Of a DNA stretch of 28,266 nt, positions 19,873 through 28,198 are shown one piece after another. The stretch's first letter is position 1. Each line of letters opens with the position of its first letter. Source of the stretch: Bacteroides sp. (GTDB taxonomy: Bacteria > Bacteroidota > Bacteroidia > Bacteroidales > SM23-62); NCBI GenBank assembly GCA_030589965.1, contig JAUUZM010000001.1:1-28266 (forward strand), written 5' to 3'. The position numbers and the translations under genes are program-made. The notes beneath the pieces were generated by a model, which saw only the letters and a list, made by a program, of their open reading frames with translations, had not been told where the DNA came from and searched no databases.

Positions 19873-21402
19873 CTATGGGTAGAACACTGTGATTTCTCCC
19901 GTTTTCTCAACTTCAATTCCGCTTGAAGTGGTCAGTTTGATATAGTATACATATACTCCTTCAGGGACTTTCTGACCTCCTTTGATGGATCCGTCCCAGG
20001 CATAGCTACAGGGATCTTCATCTAACATGGGTGGCTGTTCTGTGTGGAATATTTTTGATCCCCAACGGTCAAATACCATAAAAATGTATTCTTTGGGGAT
20101 AAATGTAAGGGCAGGTTTAATGCAATCATTAATGCCATCATCATTAGGGGTAAAAGCATTGGCCATAGTAATTTCCGGCACTACGCTAATGCAGCCACGA
20201 TTTGACCAGCTTGATCCTCTATCCCCTAATGTTCCGCTGTTCTCAACGGCTTCTACATAATAACAAATTTCATCTTCAAATTTCTCCGGGTCAAATTCAC
20301 TGAGATCATCATGAAAAACCATATCCGGGTAGACAACAATCTCGAGGGGCTGGGGACCGCTGCGATTTATATCGCGGTATACCTGGTAATACTCTACTCC
20401 GGCTTCATACTCAACATAGGGAGTCCAGGAAAGACTGGCAAGTAATCCCTCGCTGGAAGCTGAAAGCACAATATTTCCGGCAATGTTTGATCCCGTAACG
20501 GGACTATCGCAGACGTCAAGGGAATAAAGCTTGTACTGGTATTGCTTTTCAGTCGATAATACCGGGTCAGTATAGGTAAGGCTATGTTCTACATCCCGGA
20601 TAATTTCATCAGCCACAAAAGGTTTCCCAGGCCCGGTGGCTTTGAATATTTGGTAACTGCTGACTTGGGCTTCTGGATCTATTGTGAATTTTAATTTCAC
20701 TGAATCTGGGTCTAATGCAGATGCAGACTCTGCATTTATCCATGCAGGATGAATGGGGTGGCTGATATTCTGGCAGACTATATTGGAAAATGAATAGGTG
20801 CCATCATTTTTTATTGCCTTGATAAAATAACAATAGCTGCGATTGTCGAAGATATTAAGATGAAGCTGAGTGGTATCCTTTGTTCCTCCCTCTTCCAATA
20901 TGCTATAGGAGTCTTGATTTTCCCGGAAATACACATCATATCTAACCAGGTTACCCCCCCAGCCCTTATAAGATGTCCACTCCAGAAGCATCTGTTTGCT
21001 GCAGGAATCATAATCGGTAGTAAGATGTATTGTGGTATGTGAATCAAAGAAACTACTCTTTAATCCGCTTGAATCGATTGCCTGGACTGTAAATGAGCGG
21101 GATTTATTCGTTGTCACCTCCTTCTTATAGGTATATTTCGTGGTATTGCCATCGACAGTGTCTAAAGTAGGGAACGGGTAGGTTTGTCCCAATATATCCG
21201 TTGTATCAAAAAACATGGTATATTTTTCTACATCATCAGAAATACTCGCCTTCCACTCAATAACTGTACGTTGTGTGCTTGTATCCACTGAAACACGGAC
21301 GATTTCCGGATGTTTAGGATGAGGGTCACCCTGAGCCATCAAGGAAGTCTCGATAGCAAACAGGAGCAAACCCCAAAGGATATGGAAAAAATGTTTATTC
21401 AA
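19873..21402 (-). CDS. T9SS type-B (gliding-motility-associated CTD) secreted protein with tandem FN3-like domains
   Basis: Signal peptide; four beta-sandwich-like segments (e.g. LEWTSY..RYDVY, LSWTPY..YYQVY); CTD motifs NAFTPNDDGIND, VFDRWG, WDG, GVYVY. TTG start; the upstream frame has no ATG/GTG/TTG back to a stop near 21525. Confidence 0.85.
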   Translation of the reverse strand: MNKHFFHILWGLLLFAIETSLMAQGDPHPKHPEIVRVSVDTSTQRTVIEWKASISDDVEKYTMFFDTTDILGQTYPFPTLDTVDGNTTKYTYKKEVTTNKSRSFTVQAIDSSGLKSSFFDSHTTIHLTTDYDSCSKQMLLEWTSYKGWGGNLVRYDVYFRENQDSYSILEEGGTKDTTQLHLNIFDNRSYCYFIKAIKNDGTYSFSNIVCQNISHPIHPAWINAESASALDPDSVKLKFTIDPEAQVSSYQIFKATGPGKPFVADEIIRDVEHSLTYTDPVLSTEKQYQYKLYSLDVCDSPVTGSNIAGNIVLSASSEGLLASLSWTPYVEYEAGVEYYQVYRDINRSGPQPLEIVVYPDMVFHDDLSEFDPEKFEDEICYYVEAVENSGTLGDRGSSWSNRGCISVVPEITMANAFTPNDDGINDCIKPALTFIPKEYIFMVFDRWGSKIFHTEQPPMLDEDPCSYAWDGSIKGGQKVPEGVYVYYIKLTTSSGIEVEKTGEITVFYP

Positions 21403-21541
21403 AATACTTATCCAGGATTGAAAACTAAAACTAATAATAAAATCATAGATCCCATTACTGTTTTTAATAACGAATGGATATAAATAATTGATATCCTGAA
21501 AATAAGCTTTCCATATTAATCGTTAATACCGTCTTGTTTAC

Positions 21542-21549
21542 TAATTTTG
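21542..21549 (+). promoter_or_regulatory. Putative -7 promoter element of the CLC gene
   Basis: TAATTTTG matches TAnnTTTG, 6 nt before ATG 21556; no well-spaced -33 TTTG. Confidence 0.4.
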
Positions 21550-21555
21550 TGCTTC

Positions 21556-23325
21556 ATGCATAAATTGAGCATATACAAACGTTTGTTTCTTCTGAGAATC
21601 AAGCATGTAGGCCAGAAGCAGTTCATTCTTATCCTGAGTGCCCTGATTGGTCTTTTTGTTGGTCTGGGGGCGGTGGTAATTAAAAACCTGGTGCATCTTA
21701 TCCAGAGACTTACCGAGACCATTGCAGACAATACCCACATCTATCTTTACTTTATTTTTCCATCCATAGGTATTTTATTGGCTGTCATGTTCATCAAGTA
21801 TATCAACCGGCGACCTGTTCAGCACGGGATTCCTGGTGTTCTGCATGCTATTTCCCGAAAAAACGGAATAATCAACCGGCATAATCTCTATTCTTCAATT
21901 ATTACCTCCTCCCTGACTGTCGGTTTCGGAGGAAGTGTTGGTTTGGAGGGACCTACCGTTGCCACAGGTGCTGCTATCGGTTCAAACATCGGGCGTTGGT
22001 TCCGCTTGAGTTATAAGGATGTTACCCTGCTGCTGGGTTGTGCCTGTGCCGGAGCCATGTCTGCCATTTTTAAAGCACCCATTGCAGCCATTGTATTTGC
22101 CCTTGAAGTAATCATGCTCGATCTCACCCTGGCATCCCTGGTTCCATTGCTTGTTGCCTCGGCTACTGCGGCCATGACTTCCTATCTATTCATGGGACAG
22201 AACGTTCTCTATTCGGTGAATATCCAGGATGTTTTTATAATGAAACATGTGCCCTACTATCTTATACTGGGTGTGGCAGCCGGACTGATGTCAGCGTATT
22301 TTACAAAGATGTACATGTTTGTAACCGGCCTGTTTGAAAAAATTCCGAGTATCTGGATTCGTTTATCTGTTGGGGGACTTGCCCTGGGGGTTCTTGTTTT
22401 CCTGATTCCATCCCTCTACGGGGAAGGTTATGAACCCATTAACTCTGTCCTTAACGGGAATTATAATTACATCTTCGAACACGCCCTCTATGAAAAATGG
22501 AGTAATTCAGCCCTGGCAATGCTGGTCATCCTCTTTTTTATCCTGGCTTTTAAGGTCATAGCTACTAGCGTAACTTTCGGTGCCGGGGGAATTGGGGGTA
22601 TTTTTGCTCCTTCTCTTTTTCTGGGTTCCAACTTAGGATTATTAACCGCCAAGCTCCTGAACCTCCTTGGTGCGGAAGTCCCGGTGAATAATTTCGCCCT
22701 GATCGGTATGGCTGGACTTATCGCCGGGGTAATTCATGCTCCCCTTACAGCCATCTTCCTGATTGCAGAAATTACCGGCGGATATGAACTGTTTTTCCCG
22801 CTTATGCTGGTGGCCACTATTTCTTATGCTACAACCAGGGTCTTTACTGCAAATTCGGTTTATACGATCCAGCTTGCCAAGAGGGGAGACCTGATGACCC
22901 ATGACAGGGATAAAAATGTACTTCTCATGATGAAGGTTAATAATCTTATCGAAAGGGATTTCAATAAGATACATCCTGAAGCTACTCTGGGTGACCTTAT
23001 CAAGGTAATTAAGAAAGCTCACAGAAATATCTTCCCGGTCGTGGATGAGGACGGAATCTTTCATGGGATTGTCAAAATGGATGATATCCGACATATAATG
23101 TTCGATACGGACAGCTGGGATACAGTCACGGTGAGGGACCTGATGTTCATGCCTCAGTTCACCATCAATAAGGATGAATCAATGGAGGAAGTAACCCGCA
23201 AGTTCCATACCAGCAGCCGTTATAATATTGCCGTATTGAACGAAGGCAAATACATCGGATTTGTTTCCCGGGCAAAGGTATTCTCCGCTTACAGGGAGAT
23301 GCTCAAGAAGATTTCGAGGGATTAG
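21556..23325 (+). CDS. CLC-family chloride channel/antiporter with tandem CBS domains
   Basis: GGSVGLEGP (gating Glu), FKAPIAAIVFALE (proton Glu), GGIGGIFAP, HAPLTAIFLIAEITG, SVY; C-terminal CBS pair (IFPVVDEDG, IAVLNEGKYIG). Start moved from TTG 21547 to ATG 21556. Confidence 0.92.
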   Translation: MHKLSIYKRLFLLRIKHVGQKQFILILSALIGLFVGLGAVVIKNLVHLIQRLTETIADNTHIYLYFIFPSIGILLAVMFIKYINRRPVQHGIPGVLHAISRKNGIINRHNLYSSIITSSLTVGFGGSVGLEGPTVATGAAIGSNIGRWFRLSYKDVTLLLGCACAGAMSAIFKAPIAAIVFALEVIMLDLTLASLVPLLVASATAAMTSYLFMGQNVLYSVNIQDVFIMKHVPYYLILGVAAGLMSAYFTKMYMFVTGLFEKIPSIWIRLSVGGLALGVLVFLIPSLYGEGYEPINSVLNGNYNYIFEHALYEKWSNSALAMLVILFFILAFKVIATSVTFGAGGIGGIFAPSLFLGSNLGLLTAKLLNLLGAEVPVNNFALIGMAGLIAGVIHAPLTAIFLIAEITGGYELFFPLMLVATISYATTRVFTANSVYTIQLAKRGDLMTHDRDKNVLLMMKVNNLIERDFNKIHPEATLGDLIKVIKKAHRNIFPVVDEDGIFHGIVKMDDIRHIMFDTDSWDTVTVRDLMFMPQFTINKDESMEEVTRKFHTSSRYNIAVLNEGKYIGFVSRAKVFSAYREMLKKISRD

Positions 23326-23343
23326 ATTTTCATGGATAAGGCT

Positions 23344-23369
23344 AAAAAAAGCACCGAATAACTCAGTGC
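23344..23369 (-). terminator. Intrinsic terminator between convergent CLC and DUF5684-like genes, stronger on the minus strand
   Basis: Minus strand GCACUGA-GUUAU-UCGGUGC followed by U7; the + strand hairpin is followed only by UUU. Confidence 0.7.
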
Positions 23370-23397
23370 TTTGGCAATTAAATTCGCTATTGCTTTA

Positions 23398-23730
23398 TTA
23401 TGGCTTCTTATAATTGGCATCACCAAATGCGAGCAATGGCCAGAATACAAAAGGTAAAAATATCATGCCTACCGTAAATCCGGTACCTTTTCCAAAGGCA
23501 TGAGCAATAGCATTGAAAGTCATGATAAGAAAAACAATGTTAGCAAAGGGAACTAGAAGAATCATGACTACCCACCATCCGGGTTTTCCAGCTACCTGAA
23601 CAAGTTCAATGATGTTCCAGATTGGGACAATTTGAGAGACACCGGGGCGTCCGGCCTTACCAATCGTAATCCAAAGGCTGACAATCAATAAAAGAATCAC
23701 GATTACATAAATAACAATTGCTGCTTCCAT
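23398..23730 (-). CDS. Small membrane protein, DUF5684-like
   Basis: 110 aa hydrophobic ORF with KAGRPG, VPIWN, GKPGWW, VPFANIV, FGKGTGFTVGMIFLPF, LAFG motifs. Confidence 0.7.
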   Translation of the reverse strand: MEAAIVIYVIVILLLIVSLWITIGKAGRPGVSQIVPIWNIIELVQVAGKPGWWVVMILLVPFANIVFLIMTFNAIAHAFGKGTGFTVGMIFLPFVFWPLLAFGDANYKKP

Positions 23731-23863
23731 AATACTTATTTAGTTAGAAATGGTAATGACTTGACTGATCAAATTAATGGTAATTTTCAGTAAAAGCAAA
23801 TTTTAAAGATTTTTTGGATTGAAATATTATTCATAAATAATTTCCTTCTCTCTTCTAAACCCT

Positions 23864-23871
23864 TAATTTTG
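23864..23871 (+). promoter_or_regulatory. Putative glyA promoter (-7 element)
   Basis: TAATTTTG matches TAnnTTTG; near-consensus TTTC at 23841-23844 with a 19-nt spacer. Confidence 0.55.
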
Positions 23872-23894
23872 AAGATTCAATTTTTGCTAATCTC

Positions 23895-23969
23895 ATAATG
23901 AATTGAAAAAGAAAAAAGCCGACTTCATCGCATGGCGATGTCGAGGCGGTTTCTTATTCAATTCATTAT
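23895..23969. repeat. 75-nt imperfect inverted repeat / hairpin in the glyA leader
   Basis: Perfect 13-bp arms ATAATGAATTGAA (23895-23907) / TTCAATTCATTAT (23957-23969), with inner stems AAGAAA/TTTCTT, GCC/GGC, GAC/GTC, ATCGC/GCGAT and an ATG loop. Confidence 0.85.
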
Positions 23970-23981
23970 AAATCAATAAAA

Positions 23982-25262
23982 ATGAACAGAGACGAAACTA
24001 TTTTTAACCTTATCCAGCAGGAGAAGGAAAGGCAAATGCATGGCATTGAACTAATTGCATCAGAAAATTTTGTCAGCGAGCAGGTATTGGAGGCAATGGG
24101 TTCATGCCTGACGAATAAATATGCTGAAGGCCTGCCGGGAAAAAGGTATTATGGCGGTTGCCAGGTAGTTGATCAGACAGAACAGCTGGCCATTGACCGG
24201 GCTAAAGAACTTTTTAATGCAACCTGGGTAAATGTGCAGCCGCATTCAGGGGCCCAGGCAAACGCAGCCGTGATGCTTGCTGTTTTGAAACCGGGTGATA
24301 CTTTTCTTGGACTTGATCTCTCACACGGTGGACACCTGACTCATGGTTCATTTGTTAATTTTTCAGGGATACTGTACAATCCAGTAGCCTATGGAGTGAA
24401 AAAAGAGACTGGCCAGGTTGATTATGATATGATGGCAGAGGTAGCCAGGAAGGAAAAACCAAAACTGATTGTGGCTGGAGCGTCTGCTTATTCCCGTGAT
24501 TGGGATTTCAAGCGTATGCGTGAAATTGCGGATGAGAACGGATGTCTCCTGATGGCGGATATTGCTCATCCTGCCGGACTTATAGCCACGGGATTGCTGA
24601 ATCATCCCTTCCCACATTGCCATATCGTCACAACCACTACACATAAAACACTTCGTGGTCCCCGTGGAGGAATGATCATGATGGGTGAGGATTTTGAGAA
24701 TCCCTGGGGACTATCCACTCCCAAAGGTAGGGTCAAGAAAATGTCTCAATTACTTGATTCTGCTGTATTTCCTGGCACACAGGGTGGGCCGCTTGAGCAT
24801 GTCATTGCGGCTAAAGCCGTCGCATTTGGAGAGGCACTGACGGAAAGCTATAAAGATTATATGATACAGGTTGTGAAGAATGCCGCAGTTATGGCGGATG
24901 CATTTATCTCCCTGGGTTATAAGGTAATATCTGATGGTACTGATAATCATTCCATGCTGATTGACCTCCGGCCGAAATATCCTGATATCACCGGTAGAAC
25001 AGTGGAAGATACCCTGGTTCTTGCTGATATAACAATAAATAAAAATATGGTCCCATTTGATGATCGCTCACCATTCCAGGCTTCAGGGATCAGGGTTGGT
25101 ACTCCAGCCTTAACCACACGTGGTGTTAAGGAGGATCTGATTGCTCCAATGGTTGAAATGATCGATGATGTAATTGCAAATCACAATGATGAAGCCAAAA
25201 TCAAGACAGTCAGGGAAAAGGTTAATGTCATGATGAAGGACTTCCCATTGTTTGCTTACTAA
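23982..25262 (+). CDS. glyA: Serine hydroxymethyltransferase
   Basis: [49 protein letters not shown] (PLP lysine), SGIRVGTP. Confidence 0.98.
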   Translation: MNRDETIFNLIQQEKERQMHGIELIASENFVSEQVLEAMGSCLTNKYAEGLPGKRYYGGCQVVDQTEQLAIDRAKELFNATWVNVQPHSGAQANAAVMLAVLKPGDTFLGLDLSHGGHLTHGSFVNFSGILYNPVAYGVKKETGQVDYDMMAEVARKEKPKLIVAGASAYSRDWDFKRMREIADENGCLLMADIAHPAGLIATGLLNHPFPHCHIVTTTTHKTLRGPRGGMIMMGEDFENPWGLSTPKGRVKKMSQLLDSAVFPGTQGGPLEHVIAAKAVAFGEALTESYKDYMIQVVKNAAVMADAFISLGYKVISDGTDNHSMLIDLRPKYPDITGRTVEDTLVLADITINKNMVPFDDRSPFQASGIRVGTPALTTRGVKEDLIAPMVEMIDDVIANHNDEAKIKTVREKVNVMMKDFPLFAY

Positions 25263-25274
25263 GCTCCGGCCAAA

Positions 25275-26078
25275 GTGGATATTCAATGCTGGTGGGAGCA
25301 GCTGATTCAAATCTTACAGGAACATGACCTTACCACATGGAAGATTGTTGCTGTTATTGGGGTTGGACTCATAGCCGGCTTTATAAATACCCTTGCGGGA
25401 AGCGGGTCTCTCTTAACCCTTCCCCTTCTTATGTTTCTTGGACTTCCGCCCAATGTAGCTAATGGTACTAACCGGATCGCTATCCTTCTTCAGAATGTTG
25501 TGGGGGTAAGTAGTTTCAAACAACAGAAAGTACTTGACTTTAAGGATGGAATAAAAATCGGTATTCCGGCAGTCATCGGATCATTAATCGGAGCAAGAAT
25601 TGCAGTAAACGTAAATGATGCCATAATGGAGAAGGCTATTGGTGGACTTCTAATCCTTATGTTTTTTCTGATCATCCTAAAGCCCAGCCGATGGCTGATG
25701 GGGCAGGAGGATCAACCACCTGCAAAAATGCTCTGGCAGGTAATAATCTTTTTCTTTATTGGGATTTATGGAGGATTTATACAGGCAGGGGTGGGGTTTT
25801 TTCTGCTCGGTGGACTGGTACTGGGAGCAGGGTTTGAACTGGTAAAAGCAAACGCTCTGAAAGTATTCATTGTCTTTTTATATACTCCTTTTGCCCTGGC
25901 GATTTTTATAATTAACGGTGATGTAAACTATGTATTCGGTTTTATACTGGCCATTGGAAACATGCTAGGTGCCTTCATCGGAGCCAGAGTAGCAGTTAAA
26001 TGGGGAGCTAAAGCCGTTCGGTATTTCCTCCTTCTTGCACTAGCATTTGCCAGCCTGAAATTATTGATTGGCTTTTGA
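25275..26078 (+). CDS. Sulfite exporter TauE/SafE (TSUP) family permease
   Basis: AGFINTLAGSGSLLTLPLL, ANGTN, second repeat GIYGGFIQAGVG, ANALK; about 8 TM segments; GTG start 12 nt after the glyA stop. Confidence 0.85.
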   Translation: MDIQCWWEQLIQILQEHDLTTWKIVAVIGVGLIAGFINTLAGSGSLLTLPLLMFLGLPPNVANGTNRIAILLQNVVGVSSFKQQKVLDFKDGIKIGIPAVIGSLIGARIAVNVNDAIMEKAIGGLLILMFFLIILKPSRWLMGQEDQPPAKMLWQVIIFFFIGIYGGFIQAGVGFFLLGGLVLGAGFELVKANALKVFIVFLYTPFALAIFIINGDVNYVFGFILAIGNMLGAFIGARVAVKWGAKAVRYFLLLALAFASLKLLIGF

Positions 26079-26094
26079 TTTAACCGACAGGTAA

Positions 26095-27108
26095 TCAGGA
26101 TACCAGCAGGTAATTTATTCCTTCCTTATATCCTTTCGAAGCAAGGTAAAGCTGGATCTCATCCCTTGCATTCATTTGCTTAATATAGGTCAGAATAAAT
26201 ACCTCGGATGGTGGTGGAATATCCTTATAGTATATGATTTCATGATCCAACTGCCTGGTTTCCTTGATGTCAATATAGAACTCAATCTCAATGCCATATT
26301 GTTTCAGTAAGCGGGCACGACGCCTTGAGATACGACTTGCTCCCCAGACAGCTATCTTTGGGTGAAAAGGATTGTTTTTGCTTAGCCAGTCCCCCAGGTA
26401 TTTAGTTTTAATCCGGTAAAACGATGAATCGCTGTAGATGGATTGAGTACGGGTCAGTCTTGTATCGGAATCATGCCATCTTAATACTTTTTGGTCCAGT
26501 TTTCTGATTTTAACGCCCTCACCCAGCCAGCGCAACCACATTTCATAGTCCTCCGGGAAATCACCTGACCTGTACATGCCGTATTTTTCCGATACATCCT
26601 TTCTCCACATGGCAGATGGATTTACTACCGGCAGCTCAATAAAGCGGGCGTTCAGGATCTCTTCATAGGTCCGGATCGAATTTGACCATTCAACAAAGCG
26701 TGCCATACCTTTAGTATCTTCAGAATGTCCAATATGATCCACCAATCCGGCTACAGCCCCGTAATCTGTATTCTCATCCAGGAATTCTGATTGGATTTCC
26801 AGCCGCCGAGGATATGCCCAGTCATCTGAATCCATTCTGGCAATATATTTTCCCGAGGCCTTCTCTGACCCGGCATTAGAAGCAAACATTACGCCCTGCT
26901 TACTTTCATCGATTAGAATGAAACGGCTGTCCTTTTTAGTCCAGCTCTCAGCAATACCAACACTTCCATCCCTCGAGTTATTATTGATTAAAATACATTC
27001 AAAACTCTCCAGGCTTTGGAGGGCAATGCTTTCAATCGCCCTGTTCAGAGTTGCATCAGCATTATAAAAAGGCAGTATTACAGAAACTACTGGATGTTTA
27101 ACTGTCAT
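26095..27108 (-). CDS. Glycosyltransferase family 2 with C-terminal Rossmann-like extension
   Basis: VSVILPFYN, ILINNNSRDGS, YIARMDSDD (DxD), EDYEMWLR; C-terminal IAVWGAS..IEFYID. Start placed at ATG 27108 (MTVKHPVVSV). Confidence 0.88.
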   Translation of the reverse strand: MTVKHPVVSVILPFYNADATLNRAIESIALQSLESFECILINNNSRDGSVGIAESWTKKDSRFILIDESKQGVMFASNAGSEKASGKYIARMDSDDWAYPRRLEIQSEFLDENTDYGAVAGLVDHIGHSEDTKGMARFVEWSNSIRTYEEILNARFIELPVVNPSAMWRKDVSEKYGMYRSGDFPEDYEMWLRWLGEGVKIRKLDQKVLRWHDSDTRLTRTQSIYSDSSFYRIKTKYLGDWLSKNNPFHPKIAVWGASRISRRRARLLKQYGIEIEFYIDIKETRQLDHEIIYYKDIPPPSEVFILTYIKQMNARDEIQLYLASKGYKEGINYLLVS

Positions 27109-27188
27109 AAAGGAATTGCTAAGGGTTTGAAAGTAAAAAAACATTGTATGTGAAAGAAATTATTTATTGATTTCCTGCTTTTAAAATA

Positions 27189-27209
27189 TTTTGACTAATT
27201 TAGTCAAAA
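27189..27209. promoter_or_regulatory. Palindromic operator candidate upstream of the HTH-MNT gene
   Basis: Perfect 9-bp inverted repeat TTTTGACTA-ATT-TAGTCAAAA ending 13 nt before ATG 27223. Confidence 0.65.
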
Positions 27210-27222
27210 CGAAAAATTCAAA

Positions 27223-27810
27223 ATGCAGAGAATTGGCAGTTTAATTAGAAAACTGAGAGAGGAAAAGGGGTATCCTTTACGGAAGGTAGCTGCATTCCTG
27301 GATATTGACCAGGCCATTTTAAGCAAAATGGAGAGGGGGCTCCGCAAAATTAAGAAGGAACAAGTTACCAAACTGGCCGGATTTTTCAATTATGATGAAA
27401 GGGAGATGTTGATGGTATATTTGAGCGACAGGGTATTATACGAAGTTGGAGAAGATGAATATGCATTGGAAGCGTTAAAGGTTGCAGAAAGAGTATTGGA
27501 ATACAGGACTTTCTCAACTATTGATAGAAATCAGGCCATTGATAAAATTGGAGAAGTAACAACTCAATTCCCGAAAGTGATCAAGGCATGGATATATGGA
27601 TCTTTTGCAAGGATGGATGATGGACCGGGAAGTGATATCGATATTGCATTGAAAACAGAACAGGGATTCAGTTATTTTGACCTGGCAGGTTTGCAATACA
27701 GACTTGAAGAGGAGCTTAGCAGGAATGTTGATATAGGATTTATTAAATCATTTAAGCCTGAGATATTGAAAAGTGTGGAAAAAGATCTCATTTTAGTTTA
27801 TGAAAGATAA
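27223..27810 (+). CDS. XRE-family HTH fused to a minimal nucleotidyltransferase (MNT/MntA-like antitoxin)
   Basis: N-terminal IRKLREEKG..LRKVAAFLDIDQAILSKMERG (HTH); C-terminal GSFARMDDGPGSDID = GS-x10-DxD, plus DLAGLQYRLEEELSRNVD; single continuous frame. Confidence 0.88.
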   Translation: MQRIGSLIRKLREEKGYPLRKVAAFLDIDQAILSKMERGLRKIKKEQVTKLAGFFNYDEREMLMVYLSDRVLYEVGEDEYALEALKVAERVLEYRTFSTIDRNQAIDKIGEVTTQFPKVIKAWIYGSFARMDDGPGSDIDIALKTEQGFSYFDLAGLQYRLEEELSRNVDIGFIKSFKPEILKSVEKDLILVYER

Positions 27811-28153
27811 AAGGCTGGATAATCAATTCAGGTTGGTCCAAATACGAAAGGCGATTAACGAAATAGGATCATTTGTGTCTGGAATAAATTTGGATGATTT
27901 TGTATCAGATTCCATGATTTCAAGTGCAGTCCTCTTCCAATTTACCGTTATTGGCGAAGCTCTAACACATATTGATAAATACCTTTTAAATAAGTATAAT
28001 TACCCATGGTATAAGGTAAGAGCATTCAGAAATCTTATATCTCATGAGTATTTCAATATTGAGTTCGAAGCTGTGTGGGAGATAATCATTAAAGATTTAC
28101 CTGAATTAATGAAATTAATCGAAATTGTCATTCAGGATCTTCAGGCATTATGA
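27800..28153 (+). CDS. HEPN-domain (DUF86/HepT-like) ribonuclease toxin
   Basis: 117 aa; VIGEA, PW..VRAFRNLISHEY = R-x4-H-x-Y catalytic motif at 28028-28051; 11-nt overlap with the upstream MNT gene. Confidence 0.9.
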   Translation: MKDKRLDNQFRLVQIRKAINEIGSFVSGINLDDFVSDSMISSAVLFQFTVIGEALTHIDKYLLNKYNYPWYKVRAFRNLISHEYFNIEFEAVWEIIIKDLPELMKLIEIVIQDLQAL

Positions 28154-28198
28154 ATTACCTTTAAAAAATATAAAATCTTCAAACCCCCAATTAGAATT

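Noticed and set aside
22642-23094. 150-aa minus-strand ORF, and similar nested ORFs (144-497, 2094-2450, 3400-3786, 13894-14175, 18468-18824, 27204-27389)
   Set aside because: Contained within well-supported genes; no domain signature or independent expression signals.
23749-23784. AATGGTAAT direct repeat (23749-23757, 23776-23784) as a Fur box
   Set aside because: Only 10/19 match to the canonical Fur box, not palindromic, and in AT-rich sequence.
23890-23975. MITE interpretation of the glyA hairpin
   Set aside because: No target-site duplication flanks the arms and no second copy is in the window; not excluded genome-wide.
23872-23981. ZTP (pfl), THF or glycine riboswitch upstream of glyA
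   Set aside because: Core motifs as I recall them (ZTP CGCCUGGG pseudoknot strand, glycine GGAGA/CUCUCAGG, THF-I junction) are absent. A covariance search is needed to be certain.
5231-25262. metF, metH, purA and glyA as a one-carbon/purine super-cluster
   Set aside because: Separated by unrelated genes, terminators and strand switches; cannot be distinguished from chance without synteny data.
27109-27144. ORF-track N-terminal extension of the GT2
   Set aside because: The GT2 domain begins right after ATG 27108; the extension lies in AT-rich intergenic sequence.
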